The position numbers and the translations under genes were made by a program. A model generated the notes under the pieces. That model searched no databases. It was not told where the DNA came from and worked only from the letters and a program-made list of their open reading frames with translations. This document shows, piece by piece, positions 38,730-51,478 of a stretch of DNA of 64,000 bases. This stretch comes from Felis catus (taxonomy: Eukaryota), in contig NC_058368.1 of the NCBI RefSeq assembly GCF_018350175.1, positions 183,832,001-183,896,000 on the forward strand, written 5' to 3'. Position 1 is the first letter of the stretch. Each line of letters opens with the position of its first letter.

Positions 38730-39200
38730 CTTTGCACAACACATAGGTGTCAACTATGGGGCAAGCATTGTGTTAGGTTATTTATTATAATGTAACTTAA
38801 AACAAGTAAAATCCCTGCCATTACTGAAGAAGCAGTCTGATGAGTTGAAGTGTAAAAGATTAACTGACAATCACAAAACAGTATGACATTGTACTGGTAT
38901 TTGCTAAAAGGAGGGATTGGGAGGAGCACAAGGAACAAAAGGACAGGAGAACAGGGACATATTCTGCATGTACAGAATCAGGGAAGGCTTCCTGGAAGAA
39001 GTGATGACTAAGCCAAGACCTGAAAGTAGAAGAGGAGGTAAACCTGGAAAAAAGAATACAAAAGAACGTTCTGGGCATATGTATGTGTTCATAAGTGAGA
39101 GAATACATGTCCCAGCTTCATGTGATCACAGTAAAAGTAGTGAAAACTGAAAGGTATAAGTCAAACTCGGTTTTACTATGGCATAGGGCCAATCTCAATA
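38730..39200 (-). mobile_element. L2 fragment
   Basis: 'tcagggaaggcttcctggaagaagtgatgactaagccaagacctgaa'. Confidence 0.8.
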
Positions 39201-40750
39201 GTTATACTTATGGATTACAAATATTTATCTTGGTTAAATTTGCAGAGATATAAAAGGAAGATTTTTAATTAAGCTAGATTCTTCAAATAGATTTACAAGT
39301 GGTGGCATATCTATGCAGTGCTTGTGACTTTCTTCAGAGGTAGGCAGCAAGGAAAACGTGGGAAAAAGGGCAAAAGTCACAGCTTTTAACGCTGGTATTA
39401 GAATGTTATACATCTTTCAGGAGGTCGTTCCTCCTTTCTTTGATAGAGGGTAATTAGCATATTAAGATTATGTAAATAATTGTGCAAATTGAATTTTTAA
39501 CCTCCTCCTTTAAAATCTCCCTTTCCTTTCCAGATGACCTCAACTTTATTCCTTATGTATAAATTAAGTATAGTAATAGAAATCATGTCAGTGTTAGAAA
39601 AACTTAAGACATCTCTCAATAAATTTAAAATGTAAATCAAATTCTCTCTAAATTAAAATTACGTATTTCTTGGTTGAATAGCGGGTACTGGTTTTTCTTT
39701 AATCACTGTTCTTTAGCTCATCATAAATCTTCCATATTATATATGCTCTCTGCCAAATATTTTAAGTAAAACAATTTAAAAGAAGCAGTCACACATCCCA
39801 ATCATTGGTATTTTAAGTGTGAAAGAGTTAATTCTGCAGAAGGTTTTAAATAGTATGCTAAACATATATGTATTTTTTTTCTGAAATTAGGGGCATATTT
39901 TGGAATTGAGGAGAGAAAAGATAAGGGCCCCAGTTCTCTTGGTGCTTTTTTTCCCCCCATTCTCTTTTTCAAGGTCCTTGACCTAGTTTGTCATTTTAAT
40001 ACTTTATTTCTTTCCTTGCCAGTTTCTTATCCCCTTGATTGTAACTTTCTTTGTCAACACCTAACAGCCAAACAAAATTGATCAAACAGAAAGAGAAGGA
40101 TTTTCCTTGGGGATGTAGTTTTAAATTTATTTCATTCCAAAATTCAAAATTTCTTAAATTCTTGAAGTGGAAATTAACAGCTGCTATAAACTTTTAGCAT
40201 GCAATCACCTCCTGAAACTTTCATGAAATTGGAAGACAATTTACATTGGCAGAGCCGTTCAAGTTATCTGTTATTATATGTTATCTTCCTACATAAATAT
40301 CTAGTTATTTTTAGTTCACGAATTAATGAGCTGCTCCTTGAAATATGATAATTAGCCACAATTTGACTGATAGAAGAAACAAATTCTCTGATGGGAAAAT
40401 GAGAGGCTTTCAGGAATTTTAATCCCTTATGCAAAGCATATTTGAGGCAAATATTACTACCCTGCACACTTTCCCTTGTTAGAGAAAACTGTTTTCATTT
40501 CCATCAATCTCAGTCTATTTATTTAGAAATTACTGAGTTATTAGAGCTGCTGTCTGGTCTCTTGTGTTTAATTTTCACTCGGCATCACATTTAGAAATCC
40601 TAGCTGCTGACGAAGTGCTGTGTGGTTCCATTTCTGCATCTTCCAGTCCTATAAAATGAATCTTGCTGTGAAAAATGAAGATTAATGGGCTTCATAATGA
40701 CTCTCCCCTGCTAAAACCAATCTGAATAAAAGAGAGCGAGAGTGCGGTGC

Positions 40751-40754
<4 letters not shown>

Positions 40755-40798
<44 letters not shown>
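40755..40798. repeat. (GT)n microsatellite
   Basis: Direct read. Confidence 0.95.
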
Positions 40799-40799
<1 letters not shown>

Positions 40800-40859
40800 T
40801 GCGTGTGGTGCTGTTGGTGTGAAGAGAGTGATATGAGGACAGAAACACACCAAAAATAT

Positions 40860-41515
40860 CAGTATGGATTCCGTTGGATAAAAATAAGCCATGATGGTAT
40901 GGCGGTTCCCCCAAAAATTAAACATAGAATTACCATATGTTCCAACAGTTCTACGTCTCGGTATATGCACACACAAAAAATTGAAAGCAGGGACTCAAAC
41001 AGATATTTGTGCATGTATGTTCATGGCAGCATTATTCATTATTCAGCAGCATTATTCATCTTTCAAAAGGTGGAAGCTACCAAGTACCTACTGACAGATA
41101 AATTGATAAACAGAATGTGCTATATCTATATAATGAAATATTGGAGCCTTGTAAAGGAAGGAGATTCTGAAACATGCTACAACATGGATTAACCTTGAAG
41201 ATATTATGCTAAGTGAAGTAAGCCAGTCACAAAAGGCCGTATACAACTCCACATCTATGAGGTACCTACAGTAGTCAAATTAACAGAGAAAGAAAGTAGA
41301 ATGGTGGTTGCCAGGTGCTGGGGTTGGCTGAGGGGGAGTCGGATAATAGGGAGTTGTTTAATGGGAACAGGGTTAGTTTGGGTAGATGAAAAGAGTTCTG
41401 GTGATGGCTGGCACAATGTGTACTTAATGTCACTGAATTGTACACTTAAAATTGTACATATAAAATATGTTACATATATTTTACTATAATAAAAACAAAC
41501 CAAAACAAAACAAAA
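40860..41515 (+). mobile_element. L1MB-like 3' end
   Basis: 'aaaattaaacatagaattaccatatg', 'ttgaaagcagggactcaaacagatatttg', 'gctacaacatggattaaccttgaagatattatgctaagtgaa'. Confidence 0.9.
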
Positions 41516-43385
41516 GACATAAACCTAATTACCAGCTCAGGAACCAAGTAACAACTTGTTGCAAGTACGGCATTTCAAAATATAAGGAATAAATGTTCCA
41601 AATATCTGTTGTTTTCTTAGAAAAACTGTTAGTAGCTTCCCAAGGCTTCCAAAACAGGTATTAGTCACCAGAGGATTTCAACCCTCTCAGTGAGTACAGA
41701 CTCTGGATACCCCCATTCACATGAGCTTTCTTGAGACTGGACAGACTTTTCCATTTATGTTAAAAGCCACAGACCGCTGGTTTCTCTGAAAACAAGCTTA
41801 CAACAATTTTAGGCTTTTGAGAGGAAGGCCCTGACACAGGTGCTGTTTATGTGTTAAATGAGAGACAAGTTGATAAATAGAAAGTGCTTTGTCAACCTAC
41901 AGATTTTCAATCAATTCCAACTCCTTCACTGTTAATTACAGGGAACTTCATTACTCAGTTTCTTTCGCAAATGTCAACTTCAACTGGACACTGGAGAGTA
42001 TTCTGGCAGTATCCCTTCCATGGAAGTTGACAATTCACCAGACCCAGGTTACATACTTATCTTTTTAATTATGTACTAGGATATTCGTTATGAATTCACA
42101 AATATCTGTGCTTAATCTCCTCCCTAATTAATCTCATTAATTAATTAATATCATTAATCTGGGCATGGGAGCCACATGGATTAGTGTAGGTGAGGAGAAT
42201 CCTAATGCTCTGGCCTTTTGTTTTTTAAAGCAGGGAATTTAATAAAACACGGGAGTTATGATAACCTTGTTACTATAAAATGTGTGACATTTTATTTTTT
42301 TGTGTGTATTTGCAAGTGATTCACTACACATTTTTAATAATCATATTCTCAATGAATATTAAATATGATTGGAATTAAACACAAATTCTCAGCAGCATCT
42401 ATTAAGTCCAGCAATAAACTTGTATTTATTATTCTCCTTTCAGTGTCAAGAATATCCATTTCTTAAATAATTGTAAGCAAGTTGCCAGAAGTACAATTTC
42501 CTTTTCTCTTCTTTCAGTTTCCAGAAATTGTTACACACCATTGCCCTTTGCTTAATAGTGTGGCATCTCGAGGCAAGCTTAACTCTGACTCTGTTGAAGG
42601 TGCGCATTGATCCAGTAGCTTTGGCTTCCTTAGTGAATCAAACTCAATATAGCCCCCTTTCCTACTCTTTTTTTTTTCAATTTTGTTTAATTCTCTCCAG
42701 AAATGTCCAGTGCCTTTCTTTGCCAGAAACTTTATAAATATTAACATGCATGGCAGTAGGTCGAAATTACTTAAAAAGGATTGTCAGTCTCAATGAACTA
42801 CAAATCTAGGAACAGGGCTCACATCTGATCCTATTCCATAGGAACAAGATAGTGTTATCTACAACTGTGTTACAAAGTAGAGGAGATTTATAACAATACA
42901 TGATATTTACTGAATACATAAAATGTGCCAGATACTGCATTACACATTTTACAAGCTCCATCTAGTACAGTACCCAAGATAATTTTAGAGGTCACACAGT
43001 CGCGCCATTAAGCTAAACTGAATAACATAAAGAAGTAAGTCTCTTTCCAAAGATCTTTTAATTGTGATTAAATCAATGCAGAAGTAATAAATTTGTGCCA
43101 ATCTGTCTTTAACAGCTCTCTAATTGCTGGTTCTCTTCTTTAACAGACAAAAAAGGAACCTCAGGCATAGCTCATGACAATGCTTACCTGGATTTTGATA
43201 GTACTGTTTTATATTGCTTGTGTCCTATTTATAATCACCAATACAGGTATTCAGCTAGTAATCGTGTTTAAATAAATGCAGTAGAAATAAAAGTGGTCAA
43301 TGTAAAGAGAAATACAGTTAAAGAACAGTCCAAGAGTATTAAGATATAACAAAGTCCAGAAAGTGATATAAGAATGATGAGAATA

Positions 43386-43572
43386 GGGTGCTTGGGTGTC
43401 TGACTTTGGCTCAGGTCACACTTCATGCTTCATGAGTTTGAGCCCAGCATCAGGCTCTCTACTGTCAGTGCGAAACCCACTATGGATCCTCTGTCTCCCT
43501 TTCTCTCTGTCATTCACCCCACTTGTGCGCTCTCTCTCTCTCTCTCAAAAATAAATAAGCATTAAATAAAAA
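43386..43572 (+). mobile_element. Can-SINE (degenerate, 5' deletion)
   Basis: 'gactttggctcaggtca...gagtttgagcccagcatcaggctct', A-rich tail. Confidence 0.85.
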
Positions 43573-43689
43573 AGAATGCAAGAAAAAGTGAAACACTTTT
43601 CACTTTTTAAGATCATAAGGGTGGATTAAAAACTCCTTCTAAAATGGGATGGACCATTCATGGATTCTGTATGTATTGCTGAAAACACA

Positions 43690-43920
43690 GGGGCACCTGG
43701 GTGGCGCAGTCGGTTAAGCGTCCGACTTCAGCCAGGTCACGATCTTGCGGTCCGTGAGTTCGAGCCCCGCATCGGGCTCTGGGCTGATGGCTCAGAGCCT
43801 GGAGCCTGTTTCTGATTCTGTGTCTCCCTCTCTCTCTGCCCCACCCCCGTTCATGCTCTGTCTCTCTGTCCCAAAAAAAATAAATAAATAAACGTTGAAA
43901 AAAAATTTAAAAAAAACAAC
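43690..43920 (+). mobile_element. Young feline Can-SINE (SINEC_Fc-like)
   Basis: CpG-rich 'gtggcgcagtcggttaagcgtccgacttcagccaggtcacgatc...ctctgggctgatggctcagagcc'. Confidence 0.97.
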
Positions 43921-44229
43921 AACACAATATATACTGGATAATATGTGCAGTTCTGGGCATGTAAATATGATATTCATAATCCTTGACTCAAAAAAGCTTA
44001 TCATTTCCAGAGGAGAGGGTTATTCAACAGCTATCTATAATAAAATGCAATGACTTTTCCTATTTAAAAACAAAGAAACCAAAAAAAACCAGTTCACAGT
44101 GCTGAACTACTTCACAAAAATTACACATCCAAGAAAATCCATTGTCACAGAAGCAGATAAAATAGGATAAAAGCAACAGCAGCCAAATATTTATTTGGCC
44201 ATTCATTTAATCAAGAAGACTCATTTCTT

Positions 44230-44380
44230 ACTTGACTTCAGGTAAGTTTTCAGTCTACCTTTCTGAGTCTTGGCTACATCATCATTAGAATTGCTGTGAG
44301 AATTAAAAAACGCAGGGTTTATAAAATGCTTAGCCCACTGCATTGCACATCTCATAAATTCAATAAATGAAAACTTTTTA
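44230..44380 (+). mobile_element. MIR SINE
   Basis: 'tagaattgctgtgagaattaaa...taaaatgcttagcc...caataaatg'. Confidence 0.6.
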
Positions 44381-45257
44381 TTAATGTGAATCTACAATGT
44401 GACAGTGACTGTCAGGTGATTGACATCAAAGTTACATACAGTTTCTGTCTAGTAAAAAGGCAGTGAAAGACAGTTCTAAACACAAGAAGCAAAATCTAGG
44501 AGACCACTAAAGCCACAGTGACTTGTTAGGCACAACTGGAACATCAAAGGTAAAATGTTAAGACATGAGATTAAAACAGTAAAATGATAACTATGTGTAG
44601 CTACATAAGGAATTCTGACTTGATTCTATATTTCACTATCTTTGTACTTTTTTGCTTGACAAACCCCTGAAAATTAGGCTAATATCTTAAATTTTTCATT
44701 GTAAGTTTAATAGTAAAAGAGGTAATGTCTAAGGATTTATAAATAATACTGAATTTAAAATAAACTGCGAATATACTGAATGAAATCTAATTTCTGTAGT
44801 TAACATAAAAATCATGACCTATTTCGAAAATATGTGAACACATTCTTCTTTAATAGTTGAAAACTTTACATGAATCAATTTTCGTCTTGAATTCATATTT
44901 TCATTCCATTTTCCCTAAGGAGTTATTTTCTTGTTATTATTTTCATATCTTGAAATATTTTATAGGCTATTCTATCATGATTCTCTAGTAAAAATAACAA
45001 AAATTTATTTTAAAAATTCCTGTGTCCATAATACTCTAGATATTCTTTCCGTTTAGGTTGAATTTTCGGCATGATTATTACTAACATCCAACATAAAATA
45101 TTACATATTTCAATCAAGAATTATTCAAAATAACAAAATGTTATTTGAGCTGTATTCTTTAATAGCCATAAGACATTTTTATAATTAATTCATATATCCA
45201 TGAATATAGATGTCCTGTTGCTAGAATAAGCATAGAGTCTTGCTTATTTTTATTTTA

Positions 45258-45474
45258 ATTTTTTTTTTTCTTCAACGTTTATTTATTTTTGGGACAGAGA
45301 GAGACAGAGCATGAATGGGGGAGGGGGCAGAGAGAGGGAGACACAGAATCGGAAACAGGCTCCAGGCTCTGAGCCATCAGCCCAGAGCCTGTTGCGGGGC
45401 TCGAACTCACGGACCGCGAGATCATGACCTGGCTGAAGTCGGATGCTTAACCGACTGCACCACCCAGGCGCCCC
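45258..45474 (-). mobile_element. Young feline Can-SINE (SINEC_Fc-like)
   Basis: Antisense, CpG-rich. TSD cttatttttatttta at 45243-45257 and 45474-45488. Confidence 0.97.
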
Positions 45475-45921
45475 TTATTTTTATTTTATATATGTTTTGA
45501 AAAATTGGTCACTAATTATATAGATGGGTATAGGAAGAATTATGTTTTGTCCTGGCATTCAATTCTTACAAATCATTTTGAATCTTATGTCAAAATCACA
45601 TAATAACATATCTCAAAAACTATTTTTAGTGGTCTACCAATTGATTTTACTGAAAATGAAAAAAAACTGGATGTCATCTGACTCAAAAGGTATTTGTCAT
45701 GTAGTCATTAGATTCATTCACTTTCTAAAACTAATGCCAACATTTTGAGTGGTACTTTTGTTCAGGACCAGGGTTCTACTTGTTCATGCAATGTTCAATA
45801 AGTGGTACAAGGTATGGTGTTCTTTTTAAAGTGGGAAAGGGTGACAAGATATGATGCCTAAGCCACAAATGTCTAGATCAGTTTAGGAAAGGGTATACGT
45901 GGTATTTGAAGTCTGAATCTA

Positions 45922-46136
45922 GGGGCGCCTGGGTGGCACAGTCGGTTAAGCGTCCGACTTCAGCCCGTCACGATCTCGCGGTCCGTGAGTTCGAGCCCCG
46001 CATCAGGCTCTGGGCTGATGGCTCAGAGCCTGGAGCCTGTTTCCGATTCTGTGTGTCCCTCTCTCTCTGCCCCACCCCCATTCATGCTCTGTCTCTCTCT
46101 GTCCCAAAAATAAATAAACGTTAAAAAAAAAAAGAT
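45922..46136 (+). mobile_element. Young feline Can-SINE (SINEC_Fc-like)
   Basis: CpG-rich. Perfect TSD tttgaagtctgaatcta at 45905-45921 and 46137-46153. Confidence 0.97.
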
Positions 46137-46329
46137 TTTGAAGTCTGAATCTATTCTATGTTGGTATTCTCCATGCCTTTTGGAAATGTCCTCAGCCAGC
46201 ATGACAGTTAATTTTATAAATAATGTAGCCATCAAAATATTTCTGAGAAACAAAAAGATGTTGTTTTTGTTGTTTTAGCTGTCAGAAAATAACCTTACTG
46301 GCAATAAAAAAAGATGAATTGTGTGGGTA

Positions 46330-46650
46330 GTTGGTATATTAGGAAGGTTTTGCAATGTTTGGCTGAGAAAATGTGATCTCTTTTAGGATGAATGATTTTA
46401 AATATATGTATTTTAAAAGCAAGATCAACAGAGTTTAGTGACTAAAGACATATAAGGAATAACTCCAGGTAAAACTTCAAACATTTCTAATCAACTCACT
46501 AATTAGGGTATCAATGCCATTCACTAGGAGCAGAAATATGGAGAGAAAATATGCTTACGAAAATAAGTTTGATATAAATACTTGTTTTAAGATTCATGTG
46601 ATATAGTCACAGGATGTTCAAAAGATATTTACATGTACAATGCTAGAAAG
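46330..46650 (-). mobile_element. L2 fragment
   Basis: 'gatcaacagagtttagtgact', 'atgccattcactaggagcagaaatatggagaga' resemble antisense L2. Confidence 0.5.
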
Positions 46651-46654
46651 AAAT

Positions 46655-49600
46655 GGAGTTGAAGCAATATGGTGGAATAAGATGTCCCTTGTAATATCTC
46701 ACCCTCAACAACAACAATTTGGCATCAATCCATAGACAAAAGGACCTTTGTGAGAGCTGTGGAAACCAGCACCATATACCAAGGGACCCATGTGTTGGGT
46801 AAAAGGCATACAGAACATGGGGATGGGTTGTAAAAAGATATAACTTTTGTATGTGATTGAAGTAAAAGATGCTATTAGCATGAAATAAGACTGTTAAATC
46901 TATAAGATGATTTATGTAAGCCTAACAGTAATCACAAAGCAAAAACCAACAATAGACACACTAATGCAAAAGAGAAGAGAATCAGCATACTGCTGTAAAG
47001 AATCATCTCACAAATGAAGACAGCAAAGAGGGAGAAAGGAACAACAAAAAGGCCAGGAAACTATTGATAAGATGGCATCCAGAAGTCCTTACTCATCAAT
47101 AATTACTACTAATGTAAGTGGCCTAAATTCACCAATCAAAAGGCACAGAGCGATGGATAAAAAAATATCACACCCAGCTATATGACGCCAAAAGACTTCA
47201 ACTTTGAGAACACATACAGACTCAAAGTGAATTGTTAGAAAAAGATATTCTATGCAAGTGGAAAACAGAAGCAAGCTGAGATAGCTATATTTTTTTTGGC
47301 AAAACAGATTTTAAGCCAAAAAGTGTCATGAGAAACAAAGAAGGTCATTTTATGATATATCAATTCACCAAAAATGTATAACAATAAGAAAGGTGTATGT
47401 ACCCAACATCAGAGCACCTAAATATAGTAAGCAAATACTAAAAGACCTAAAGGGAAAAATAGATAACAAAATAATAACAGTAGGGGTTTTCAACACTCTA
47501 CGTTCAACAATGGATAAATCATCCAGACAGAAAAATCAATAAGGAAAAGTAGACTTGAATTATACTTTTAGCCAAATGGACCTAACAAACATATACAGAA
47601 CATTTCATCCAACAACAACAGAATACATACTCTTTAAAGAGCACAGGGAACATTCTCCAGGATATATCATAGAATAGGTCACAAGACAAGTCTCAGCAAA
47701 TTTAAGAAAATTGAAATCATGTAAGTATCTTTCAAAACCACAAAGCTATGAAACTAGAAACAAATAACAGGAGGGAAATGTGAAAATTCAGATATGTGGA
47801 AATTAAACAATACACTCCTAAACAAGTAGTAGGTCAAAGAAGACATCAAATGAGAAATAAAAAAAATATTTTGAGATAAATTAAAATGGAAATACAACAC
47901 ACCAAGACTTATGAGATACAGCAAAAGCAGTTCTAAGAGAGAAGTTTATAGTGATAAATACCTACATTAAGAAAAGAAAGAAAAGAGCTAAAACAACCTA
48001 CCTTTACACCTCGACAAATCAGGAGTAAAAACAAAACAAAAAATAAGCCCAAAGTTAGCAAAAGGAGAGAAATAACAAAGATCAGAACAAAAGTAAGCAA
48101 AAAAAAAATCAGAAAATAGAAAAGATCAATGAAACTAAAGCCAGTTTTTAAAGGACAAAATTGGCAAAACTTAATTTAGACTAAGGAAAAAAGAGAGAAG
48201 ACTAAAGTAAGTAAAATCAGAAATGTAAAAGAAGACATTATGAATGATATCACAGAAATACAAAGACCATAAGAGACTACAGATGACAACTATAAGCCAA
48301 CAAATTAAATAATATAGAAGAAATGGACAAATTCCTAGAGAAAACCTACAAAGATTGAATTACGAAGTAAAGGAGATTGAATCAGTTATAAAAAACCTCT
48401 CAAAACAAAGAAAAGCCAAGGACAAAAGGGTTTCCCTGGTGAATTCAACCAATAAATATTTAAAGAATTAATACAAATCCTCAAACTCTTTCCAAAAGTT
48501 GAAAATTAAGGAACACTCCTAAAGTGATTTTACAAGGCCAACACTAATCTCATACCAACATCAGTTAAGTAGACTTCAAGAAAACGACAGGTTAATCATG
48601 CTAATAAATACAGATGTAAAAATTCTCAACAAAATATTAGCAAACTGAATTCAGCAGTACATTAAAAAGATCATATGCCATGATCAAGTTGGATTTATTT
48701 CAGAAATGCAAGGATGGTTCAACATATATAAACAAATAAATATGATACACCATAATAACAGAGTGAAAAATAAAAATCATATGATCATCTCATTAGAGGC
48801 AGTAAAAAACATTTGACAAAATACGACATCCTTTCATAATAAAAATCCTCAACAAAGTGGATAGAGGATTTTATTTTAACATAATAAAGGCTAATGACAA
48901 ACTCACAGCGATATCACACTCAAGAGTGATAGGCTGACAACCTCTCCTCCAAGATCAGGAACAAGACAAGGGTGGCTACTTGCACCATTCCCATTCAACA
49001 ACTGAACGACCCAACCAGAGCAATCAGGTAAGAAAAAGAAAAAGAAGACATCCAAATTGGAAAGGAAGAATTAAAATGGTCTCTGTTTGCAGATGATATT
49101 ATCATATAGAGAGAAAATCCAAAACACTCCACCAAAACAAAACAAAACAAAACTGTTAGAATTAACAAATTAAGTAAAGTTACAGGATACAAAATCAACA
49201 TAGAGAAGTCAGTTGTGTTTCTTTACACTAACAACAATGTAACCAAAAAAAGAAATAAAGAAAACAATGTCCCTTGCAATAGCATAAAGAAAAAAGAAAA
49301 AAAAAAAAACAATAAAATACTTAGGGATAAATTTAACCAAAGGGGTGAAAGATTTATGTAAAGCCACAAGACTTTGATGAAAGAAATTTGAAGACAATAC
49401 AAAAAATGGAAAGATCATGAAAATTAATACTGTGAAAATCTCCATACTACCCAAAGCCATCTACAGATTCAACACAATATCTATCAAAATTCTAATGGCA
49501 TTTTTCACAATTAAAAAAAACAACTAAAATTTGTATGGAACCAAAAAAGACCTTGAATTGTCAGACCAATCCTGAAAAATTAAAAAAAGCTGGAGTTATC

Positions 49601-50268
49601 ACATTTCCCAATTTAAAATTATATTATAAAGCTGTAGTAATGAAAACAGTATGTATAGCATGGTATGGTATACTGACATAAAAATAGACCAAGGTAACAG
49701 AATCAAGACCCCAGATATTAACCCTTGTATATATGGTCAATTACTATTTGGCAAGGGAACAAAAATATACAATGAGTAAAGGACAGTCTCCTCTATAAAT
49801 GATACTGGGAACACTGGACATTCAAATGCAAAAGAATGAAATAGGGCTGCAATCTTATATCAATCACAAAAATGAACTCAAACTCGAATGAGGACTTAAA
49901 CAGAAGACCTTGAAATGGTCCAAGAAGAAAACCAAGAAGAAAACCAATTCCAAGAAGAAAACATAGGGACAAATCTCTTTGACATTGGTCTTGGCAACTA
50001 TTTCGATAAGACACCAAAAGCATCAGTAACAGAAACAACAAAAACAAGTAATTGAGACTACATCAAACTTCTGTACAGCAAAAGAAACAATCAACAACAA
50101 CAAAAAAAGGCAACCTATGACAAAATGGAAAAAAATATTTGCAAATCATGTATCTGATAAGGAGTTAATATTCCAAATATATAAAGAACACAGACAACTC
50201 AATAGCAAAAACAAAAACAAAAACAAAAACAAAAAACAAAACAATCTGGGATTTAAAAATGGGCAGGG
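46655..50268 (+). mobile_element. Degraded L1 (~3.6 kb): short 5'UTR piece, inter-ORF region and most of ORF2 (endonuclease + RT)
   Basis: ORF2 start region at 47072 ('atggcatccagaagtccttactcatcaataattactactaatgtaagtggcctaaattcaccaatcaaaaggcacag'). RT motif FADD (tttgcagatgat) at 49086-49097. Many stops and frameshifts. Confidence 0.92.
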
Positions 50269-50269
50269 T

Positions 50270-50900
50270 GGGGCACCTGAGTGGCTTAGTCAGTTAAAAA
50301 TCTGACTCCTTTTTTTTTCAGTTTATTTATTTATTTTTAGAGAGAGTGTGTACTAGGGAGGGGGGGAGAGAGAGAGAGAGAGAGAGAGTGAATCCCAAAC
50401 AGGCACTGAAGAGTCAGACACGGGCTTGATCTCACAAACTGTGATATCATGACCTGAGCCAAAATCAAGAGTTGGACGCTTAACCAACTGAGCCACCCAG
50501 GCACTCCAAGTGATCAAATTTGATTTCAGCTTAGGTAATGATCTCACAGTCTGTGAGTTCAAGCCCTGCATCGGGCTTCATGCTGAGCATGGAGCCTCCT
50601 TGGGATTCTATCTCTCCCTCTCTCTGTCCTTTCCCTGCTCACATGTGATCTCTCTCTTTCAAAATAAAGAAATATTTAGGGGTGCCTGGGTGGATCAGTT
50701 GGTTAAGCATCCAACTTCAGGTCAGGTCTTGATCTCATGGTTCATGAGTTGGAGCCCCACACTGGGCTCTGTGCTGACAGCTCAGAGCCTGGAGCCTGCT
50801 TCAGATTCTGGGTCTCCCTCTCTCTCTGCCCCTCCCCTGCTCATGCTCTGTCTCTCAAAAATGAATAAACTTTAAATTAAAAAAAAAAAAGAAGAAAAAG
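50270..50900. mobile_element. Nested cluster of three Can-SINEs
   Basis: SINE A head 50270-50308, antisense SINE B 50309-50507, rest of A ~50519-50678, sense SINE C 50679-~50900. Confidence 0.9.
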
Positions 50901-51049
50901 AAAGTGTTCTATTCTGGAACATCGAGTGTAAAGTATCTGGCTAAAAAATGTACCCAGAGGAAATACTACCAGAAAGGAGAGGGAAAAATATTCTATATAA
51001 GACAGAATAGTTATCTTCAATAAGAAAAGCACTAGATGGGTCACAGTAT

Positions 51050-51166
51050 TTTCTTGTCTCTTTTCATTTCTTTTCTTTTCTTTTTTCTTTTCTTTTTCCT
51101 TTCCTTTCCCCTTCTCTCTCTCTCTGTCTCTTTCCCTCTCTTTCTTTCCCTTCCTTCCGCCCTCCC

Positions 51167-51221
<55 letters not shown>

Positions 51222-51230
51222 CTTTCTTTC
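51050..51230. repeat. CT-rich / (CTTT)n simple repeat
   Basis: Direct read. Confidence 0.95.
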
Positions 51231-51478
51231 ATACCATGGATGCACAATTAAACATGTTGCATGCAGTGCCAGATGACATAACTAATCTTGACAGATGGAA
51301 GTGATAGAGACAGGAGTTCTACATCAACATAAGGAAACATTATCTGATGATTAGCCCTGGTAGAAAATGGAATGGGTTCTTCTGGCACAAGTTGTTTGTC
51401 ATTGGAATTTCCAATTATGTGGGAAGAATAGAAGCTCATAAGTTCATGAATTATAAAAGAAGTAAGACCACATGGTTT

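Noticed and set aside
40692..41503. Several ORFs up to 145 aa
   Set aside because: Derived from (GT)n and the L1MB 3' end
44239..44247. Perfect donor cag/gtaagt
   Set aside because: Lies within a MIR core, with no supporting acceptor or exon
47072..50268. Active L1 ORF2
   Set aside because: Numerous stops and frameshifts. No long plus-strand ORF in the track.
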